Source of the DNA: Cyanophyceae cyanobacterium
GTDB lineage: Bacteria > Cyanobacteriota > Cyanobacteriia > Cyanobacteriales > JBHJGN01
DNA length: 64,000 nucleotides
NCBI GenBank assembly: GCA_050331735.1
Contig: JBHJGN010000011.1
Location: 160,001 to 224,000, forward strand
Reading direction: 5' to 3'
Shown: piece by piece, positions 58,592 to 64,000 of the stretch
Layout of the letters: each line of letters opens with the position of its first letter
How positions within the stretch are numbered: the stretch's first letter is position 1
Notes under the pieces: model-generated
The model's input: the letters and a program-made list of their open reading frames with translations, nothing else
Databases searched by the model: none
Told to the model about the DNA's origin: nothing
Position numbers and translations under genes: made by a program

Positions 58592-59110
58592 ATGTACGAT
58601 GCATTTACTCGGGTGATTTCCCAAGCTGATAGCAGAGGCGAATTTTTGAGCAACGAGCAGCTCGACGCTCTGACCGAGATGGTTAAGAACAAAAATAGCC
58701 GTCTTGATACCGTTAACAGAGTAACCGGTAGTGCTTCTCAAATCGTTACCGATGCTGCTCGCGCCCTATTTGCCGAACAGCCTCAGCTAATTCAGCCTGG
58801 CGGTAATGCTTATACCAACCGTCGTAATGCGGCTTGCCTGCGCGACATGGAAATCATTCTGCGCTACATCACCTACGCGATGCTGGCTGGCGATGCTAGC
58901 GTTCTTGAGGACCGCTGCCTCAATGGCCTGCGGGAAACCTATCAGGCTCTGGGCGTACCAGGTGCTTCGACCGCTAACGGCATTCAGAAAATGAAAGAGA
59001 TTGCCATCCAGACTGCTAACAACCCCAACAACATCACTCAAGGTGATTGCAGCCAGCTTATGTCTGAGCTAGGCAGCTACTTCGATCGGGCTGCAGCGGC
59101 GGTTGCTTAA
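58592..59110 (+). CDS. cpcB: C-phycocyanin beta subunit
   Basis: 172 aa, DAFT.V..QAD.RG, PGGNAY, AACLRD (Cys82), GDCS (Cys153); RBS AGGAG. Confidence 0.98.
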   Translation: MYDAFTRVISQADSRGEFLSNEQLDALTEMVKNKNSRLDTVNRVTGSASQIVTDAARALFAEQPQLIQPGGNAYTNRRNAACLRDMEIILRYITYAMLAGDASVLEDRCLNGLRETYQALGVPGASTANGIQKMKEIAIQTANNPNNITQGDCSQLMSELGSYFDRAAAAVA

Positions 59111-59188
59111 GTCGGCTGCTTTTTGAGTACCGCAGAAATTGAGGTTGTCCTCAACCATTGAACACCATAATTACAAGAGATATCTACC

Positions 59189-59677
59189 ATGAAAACTCCA
59201 CTTACCGAAGCGGTTGCTACCGCAGATAGCCAAGGTCGTTTCTTGAGCAATACCGAATTGCAGGGTGCTATGGGCCGTTTCGACCGCGCTGAGTCCAGCA
59301 TGCAGGCGGCTCGGACGCTAACCCAAAAGTCTCAGGACTTGATTAACGGGGCGGCTCAGGCTGTATACAATAAGTTCCCTTATACTACTCAAATGCAGGG
59401 GCCTCAGTATGCGGCTGACCAGCGCGGTAAGGACAAGTGTGCTCGCGATATTGGTCACTACCTCCGCATGGTGACCTACTGCCTAATCGCTGGCGGCACC
59501 GGTCCAATGGACGAGTACCTCGTTGCTGGACTTGATGAAATCAACCGTGCTTACGAGCTGTCCCCGAGCTGGTACATTGAAGCGCTGAAGTACATCAAAG
59601 CCAACCACGGGATCACTGGTCAGGCTGGTAACGAAGCCAACACCTACATTGACTACGCTATCAACGCTCTGAGCTAA
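59189..59677 (+). CDS. cpcA: C-phycocyanin alpha subunit
   Basis: 162 aa, [25 protein letters not shown] (Cys84), [10 protein letters not shown]. Confidence 0.98.
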   Translation: MKTPLTEAVATADSQGRFLSNTELQGAMGRFDRAESSMQAARTLTQKSQDLINGAAQAVYNKFPYTTQMQGPQYAADQRGKDKCARDIGHYLRMVTYCLIAGGTGPMDEYLVAGLDEINRAYELSPSWYIEALKYIKANHGITGQAGNEANTYIDYAINALS

Positions 59678-59689
59678 CCTGTAAGGGTT

Positions 59690-59753
59690 TTGCCCGGAAG
59701 AATTCAGCGAATGTTGGCAATTGAGGCTAGCACTTGCTAATTTTTCCGGGCAT
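59690..59753 (+). terminator. Stem-loop after cpcA (partial termination or mRNA stabiliser)
   Basis: TGCCCGGAA...TTCCGGGCA followed by a T-rich tract. Confidence 0.7.
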
Positions 59754-59805
59754 TGTTTTTATTAAATCGTTAAAAAACTTTAAAAACACGGATTCGGAGA
59801 ATAAC

Positions 59806-60681
59806 ATGAGTGGGCTTTTAGTAGCATCGAATCTAGCGGCATCAGGGCGGCTGGGACTGGATGCCTTTGACGGAACGAAAGTAGAACTGAGGCCAGATTG
59901 GACAGAAGACGATCTCCAAGCGGTCTTTCGACAAGCATACCGCCAGGTGCTCGGCAACGATTACATTATGAAAGCGGAGCGTCTCACCGAGGCAGAATCT
60001 CTGCTGCGCCAGGGTAATCTTACCGTTCGAGACTTTGTGCGGGCGATCGCCAAATCGGATCTCTACAAAACAAAGTTTTTCTACCCTAATAACAATCAGC
60101 GCTTTGTTGAGCTCAACTTCAAACATTTGCTCGGTCGTCCTCCCTACGATCAGGCAGAATCAGCCGAGCACACTCGCCGCGTCGAGGATGAAGGGTACGA
60201 TGCTGAAATTGATTCTTACTTCGAGAGCGAGGAGTACGAGAACAAATTTGGGGACAACATTGTTCCCTACTACACTGGCTTTTTAGTCGATCAAGAATCG
60301 AGAACTGTCGGCTTTAGCCGCATGTTCCAACTCTATCGGGGCTATGCGAACAACGACCGCGGTCAGATGGGAGCGAAAAGCGGTCGATTAGTGGCTGAAA
60401 TCGCCAAGAACCAGGCATCTAAAATTAGAGAGCCCATTGGCGGCAGCAGCGGCAAAACGCAGTTAAAATCAGAAACGCCGCAGAAATCTTTTGGACAGGT
60501 AGGGAAGGAAACAGACCGGATCTACCGCATTGAGGTAAGTGGTCTTATCGGTCGCACCATTCGCAACTCGAATATCAACCGCAGCAATAAAGCGATTTTA
60601 GTCCCCTACAGTCAGCTCAGCGATCGCCTCCAGCAGCTTGTCAAGCGCGGGGGAAAGATCGTGAGCGTCAGACCCGCCTAG
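59806..60681 (+). CDS. cpcC: Phycocyanin rod linker CpcC
   Basis: [32 protein letters not shown]-terminal CpcD-like domain [14 protein letters not shown] before ATG 59806. Confidence 0.93.
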   Translation: MSGLLVASNLAASGRLGLDAFDGTKVELRPDWTEDDLQAVFRQAYRQVLGNDYIMKAERLTEAESLLRQGNLTVRDFVRAIAKSDLYKTKFFYPNNNQRFVELNFKHLLGRPPYDQAESAEHTRRVEDEGYDAEIDSYFESEEYENKFGDNIVPYYTGFLVDQESRTVGFSRMFQLYRGYANNDRGQMGAKSGRLVAEIAKNQASKIREPIGGSSGKTQLKSETPQKSFGQVGKETDRIYRIEVSGLIGRTIRNSNINRSNKAILVPYSQLSDRLQQLVKRGGKIVSVRPA

Positions 60682-60723
60682 GTTAATCAACACAGCCAGT
60701 GCAACAGCACAGAGTATCGGGCA

Positions 60724-60761
60724 AGTGATGGTGGGTGATAAACGTCTGCCATCGCTTTTTT
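60724..60761 (+). terminator. Stem-loop with U-tract between cpcC and cpcD
   Basis: AGTGATGGTGG...CTGCCATCGCT-TTTTT. Confidence 0.55.
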
Positions 60762-60793
60762 AAAGTTAGTTTGTATTAGGAGCAGTATCAACG

Positions 60794-61144
60794 ATGTTTG
60801 GTCAAACGACCCAGGGAAGCGGCAACGTCAGCGATTTGGATAATCGCATGTATCGGATTGAAGTGGAGGGTATGGGACAAAATACCAATCCTAACCGCGT
60901 GAGCTACCGCATACGCAGTACCGGAAAAACCTATATTACGGTTTCCTATGATCGCATGAGCGAGCAGATGCAGCGGATTAACCGCATGGGAGGTAAAATT
61001 CTCAGCATCGAACCGTTGACCGCAGACGGCAGCAGCCAAGCCAAAATGGAAGCGACTGGGGTTCATCAAAATTTGAACGCCAGCGGCAAGCCTAAAACCG
61101 TTGGGGCAGATGGTTCGGGAACCGAAGAAAATCCGCAAGGATAG
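60794..61144 (+). CDS. cpcD: Rod-capping linker CpcD with C-terminal extension
   Basis: MFGQT...R.YRIEV.G...IR.....ITVSY.RM.EQMQRINRMGGKI.SI. Confidence 0.9.
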   Translation: MFGQTTQGSGNVSDLDNRMYRIEVEGMGQNTNPNRVSYRIRSTGKTYITVSYDRMSEQMQRINRMGGKILSIEPLTADGSSQAKMEATGVHQNLNASGKPKTVGADGSGTEENPQG

Positions 61145-61163
61145 ACGCTGAGGAGCAAAACGT

Positions 61164-61973
61164 ATGACAGCAGGGGAATCATCTGGTGGCGAGGCTTTAA
61201 CTGTCGAACAGGCCATTGCTAATCTACAGCAGCGCGAGGATTTAGGTCTGCGCTACTATGCCGCGTGGTGGCTGGGCAAGTTTAGAGTCCGCGATCGCCG
61301 GGCGATTGATGCTTTGATTGAAGCATTAACCGACGAAGCCGATCGATCGCCAGATGGAGGCTATCCCCTGCGACGTAACGCTGCCCGTGCGCTCGGCAAA
61401 CTGAACGAGCCGCGAGCCGTCCTGCCCCTAATCGACTGCTTAAACTGCTCAGACTATTACGTGCGTGAAGCCGCAGCTCAGGCTCTAGAAACGTTAGGCG
61501 ATCACCGCTGTATTCCCGCCCTCACCACTTTACTGTCCGGGGGCGTAGCAGCCGCTCAACCCGTTCCTGGTAAACCCCATCTGGTTCAGCCTACCGAAGC
61601 GGTCCTAGAAGCCTTGGGAACGTTAGCCGCCACAGAAGCAATTTCCTTGATTGAGCCTTTTCTCGCTCATCCAGTCCCCAAAGTACAGTACGCCGCTGCT
61701 AGAGCAATGTATCAGCTCACTGGCGATTCCCGCTATGGGGAACGGTTGGTTCGGGCTCTGTACGCCGATAAACTTCCGCTACGTCGTTCTGCTCTGATGG
61801 ATTTAGGAGCCATCGGCTATACCCCCGGAGCGGCGGCGATCGCCAAAGCGCCGACAGAAAGCAGCCTCAAACTTATTGCGTTGAGAGGTTTACTGACGCA
61901 TCAGCTCGCCCAGAACCAGGAATTATCGAAGCAAAGTATTCAGGTAATGACCTTGATGGATCAGCTCTTGTAG
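61164..61973 (+). CDS. cpcE: Phycocyanin alpha-subunit lyase CpcE
   Basis: RYYAAWWLG, DR.PDGGYPLRRNAARALG, DYYVREAAAQ, PHL.QP. Confidence 0.95.
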   Translation: MTAGESSGGEALTVEQAIANLQQREDLGLRYYAAWWLGKFRVRDRRAIDALIEALTDEADRSPDGGYPLRRNAARALGKLNEPRAVLPLIDCLNCSDYYVREAAAQALETLGDHRCIPALTTLLSGGVAAAQPVPGKPHLVQPTEAVLEALGTLAATEAISLIEPFLAHPVPKVQYAAARAMYQLTGDSRYGERLVRALYADKLPLRRSALMDLGAIGYTPGAAAIAKAPTESSLKLIALRGLLTHQLAQNQELSKQSIQVMTLMDQLL

Positions 61974-62018
61974 CTGCTGATTTAAATTAGGAATTGAATC
62001 ACTATCCCGTCAAGATGA

Positions 62019-62648
62019 ATGAACACCGAAAACCTCATTCAAGCCGTCGAACAGTCTCACTCTAGCGCGAGCCTCATCTCAGCCGTCAGCACCCTCGCCG
62101 CCGCTCATCAAGAGGAGGCGATTCCTACTTTAGTCAAAGTGCTGGGGTTTAACAATCCTGGTGCAGCGGCGGTCGCCGTAGACGGCTTGGTTGCTCTCGG
62201 AGAGCCAGCCGTCGCCTACTTATTGAACAATCTTGATAGCTACGATTACGGAGCGAGAGCTTGGGCAACCCGCGCCCTGGCGGAAATTGGCGATCCTCGT
62301 GCCTTGTCGCTGCTGTTAGAGGCAGCGCGGGGAGACTTTGCCCTCAGCGTTCGTCGCGCGGCGGCTAAAGGATTAGGAAACCTCCAGTGGTCAAAGTTTC
62401 CCCCACAACAAAGAGCGGAAGCTCAAAAGCAGGTGTTGCAGACTCTGGCAACCGTCACCCGGGATTCAGAATGGGTGGTGGGCTATGCCGCCGTCGTCGG
62501 TTTACAGTCTTTAGCCTCGTCGGTGGCAGAGTCTTTGGCAGTCGAAATTAAGGCACAACTACAGCAGGTCGCTCAAACTCACTCGGATGCTGCGGTTTGC
62601 GCTCGCGCTCAGCTCGCCTTGCAGCAACAATCGTCTGCTCTACGCTGA
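62019..62648 (+). CDS. cpcF: Phycocyanin alpha-subunit lyase CpcF
   Basis: LGFNNPGAA, Y.YGARAWA.RALA.IGDPR, DFALSVRRAAAKGLG, D.EWVV.YA. Confidence 0.95.
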   Translation: MNTENLIQAVEQSHSSASLISAVSTLAAAHQEEAIPTLVKVLGFNNPGAAAVAVDGLVALGEPAVAYLLNNLDSYDYGARAWATRALAEIGDPRALSLLLEAARGDFALSVRRAAAKGLGNLQWSKFPPQQRAEAQKQVLQTLATVTRDSEWVVGYAAVVGLQSLASSVAESLAVEIKAQLQQVAQTHSDAAVCARAQLALQQQSSALR

Positions 62649-62715
62649 TTCGCTTTAAGTCCGTTCTATCTACCGCTAGACATCCAGCGATCTTCACCGG
62701 TTTAGGCTGTCCGAC

Positions 62716-63024
62716 TTAGGGCTCGGCATCAACCGCTCGCGCTTCTTGGACGATGACAAAAGGCTGCACAATGAGAGTCATGAAGGCTTTACCCGGTTCG
62801 CTATTCCAGGCTGTTAGCTGGTTGGCGTAGGGTTTGTGAATGAGCTCTCGGCTAATCCAGTTTTGCACCAACGCTGAGTCATCTTGTGCGATCGCTTCTC
62901 CCACATCCAGCAGGTTGAGAGTGTCGTTGACAACAATCACGGCATCCCTCTTGGCGTGAGGAATCAGCGTACTCCACGCAACGCTAGCAAGTTCTTCGGT
63001 CAACTGTTCTCGAATCGTCGGCAT
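62716..63024 (-). CDS. DUF2288 family protein
   Basis: W..L.PHA.RDAVIVV...L.L..VG.AIA.DD...V..W...LIVQPFV. Confidence 0.85.
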   Translation of the reverse strand: MPTIREQLTEELASVAWSTLIPHAKRDAVIVVNDTLNLLDVGEAIAQDDSALVQNWISRELIHKPYANQLTAWNSEPGKAFMTLIVQPFVIVQEARAVDAEP

Positions 63025-64000
63025 CTATTGCTCCTTCTGTTGTTGGCTCGTGTTGAACATCGGTTTTGCGGCAGCCGGAGCTAAACTGCCTCGCTTGAGC
63101 TGCTCATTCTCAATGGCTTCAAACAAAGCGCGGAAATTGCCCTCTCCAAATCCTTTGGCCTGAAAGCGGCGCTCAATCAGCTCAAAAAAAAAGGTGGGTT
63201 GGGCAAATATTGGCTGAGTGAAAATCTGCAACAGCAGCGGCGGGCGGCTTTGATTCCTGTGACGATGCCGGGGAAATTCTTGCAGGTCGAGCAAAATTTC
63301 TTGAGCGACAATTTCCTGCCATTCTCGAACAGTGAGACCGAGCTGACGTAATCCCTCAAGCGGGGGACGTTGGCAGGAGGTGTCCGTTTGAGAATCTCCC
63401 ATGATGTTGCGGTAGTAGTTGGCCGGAACTTTAAGAAACGATAGACCAGCGGCTCGGTATGACTGAGTTGCTTGAGTAATGTTTGTCGTCGTGAGAGCAA
63501 TATGCTGGATTCCTGGACCCCGATTCAGATCGAGAAATTCCTGGATCTGAGAATTGGCAGATCTTGGCTCATTAATAGGAAGCTGGATCCTGCTGATTGG
63601 GTGAACCATCACCTGAGAGTAAAGGGCAGACTGTTCGGTTTGAATGGTAAAAGATTGCTGGGGTTGAAACCCCAACACGGTTTGATACCAATTTGCCGTT
63701 TTCTCTAACTCCCCTGCTGCTACATTCAACACCACATGGTCGATAGCTGTTACTCTTGCCTGTGCTGGTTTAGACGACTGCTGAACTTCCCAGACATCAG
63801 GCAGAATCGGAGTCAGTCCTGTCCGTTCAATTAACGTATGTCGTAGATGATCTCTCCCAGTCTGACACCAGCGCAACTGTCCTTGAGGGTAGTGCCGCTC
63901 TTGAATTGGATGAATACTGGCTCCTGCTTGGGCTGCTCTGGCTACAGCGGCGTCTAAGTTAGTAACTTTCAGGGCTAGATCGGCTACTCCTGGGGGATGC
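63025..64000 (-). CDS. hppD: 4-hydroxyphenylpyruvate dioxygenase (5' part beyond the window)
   Basis: Frame open to the window edge (HPPGVADLAL...). IDHVV.NV, PINEP....SQIQEFL, GIQHIAL, LLQIFT, FFE.I.R...GFGEGNF.ALF. Confidence 0.95.
   Translation of the reverse strand, partial: HPPGVADLALKVTNLDAAVARAAQAGASIHPIQERHYPQGQLRWCQTGRDHLRHTLIERTGLTPILPDVWEVQQSSKPAQARVTAIDHVVLNVAAGELEKTANWYQTVLGFQPQQSFTIQTEQSALYSQVMVHPISRIQLPINEPRSANSQIQEFLDLNRGPGIQHIALTTTNITQATQSYRAAGLSFLKVPANYYRNIMGDSQTDTSCQRPPLEGLRQLGLTVREWQEIVAQEILLDLQEFPRHRHRNQSRPPLLLQIFTQPIFAQPTFFFELIERRFQAKGFGEGNFRALFEAIENEQLKRGSLAPAAAKPMFNTSQQQKEQ

Larger units (their letters stand above)
823..62895. repeat. HIP1 octamer (GCGATCGC) dispersed across the window
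   Basis: Dozens of copies, e.g. near 823, 2662, 2782, 3485, 9686, 12312, 25397, 51136 and 60622. This is a cyanobacterial genome signature. Confidence 0.95.

Noticed and set aside
59734..59805. ORF-track N-terminal extension of cpcC
   Set aside because: It starts inside the post-cpcA stem-loop, while the RBS supports ATG 59806.
1..64000. CRISPR array, rRNA, tRNA, intact transposase or integrase
   Set aside because: No regularly spaced 25-40-nt repeats with unique spacers, and no recognisable structural RNA genes or DDE/tyrosine recombinase ORFs were seen by eye.

Overview
64-kb stretch of a cyanobacterial chromosome. The octamer HIP1 (GCGATCGC) is dense, heptameric STRR-type repeats are frequent, and a complete phycocyanin operon is present. 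Most of the window is housekeeping or metabolic: alaS, a stand-alone EF-G paralog, treZ-treY, nrrA with a canonical NtcA promoter, grxD, exbB-exbD-exbD, a peptide ABC substrate-binding protein, narB, recJ, psb30, thiL, a cyclophilin, an SLH porin, scpA, cugP, an RluA-family synthase and hppD. The right end is a phycobilisome cluster: cpcG, cpcS, two more CpcS/CpeS-type lyases, COP23 and cpcBACDEF. It also holds a ribbon-helix-helix protein with a ~400-aa Gln-rich coiled coil built from 35-aa repeats. The best unannotated signals are: a 27-aa membrane micro-ORF under a perfect RpaB (HLR1) site overlapping its -10 element; a ~400-nt structured leader before the EF-G paralog; a GT2 / unknown protein / flippase-like trio; a PEP-CTERM-anchored nucleoside hydrolase; an orphan Nif11-leader peptide; a decayed DUF6888/DUF6887 island with a chimeric gene; a non-canonical start in the RluA-family gene; a frameshift in a YkgJ gene; and STRR repeats recruited into coding sequence. 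I saw no rRNA, tRNA, CRISPR array or intact transposase. All family calls come from recognising motifs by eye, without database searches.
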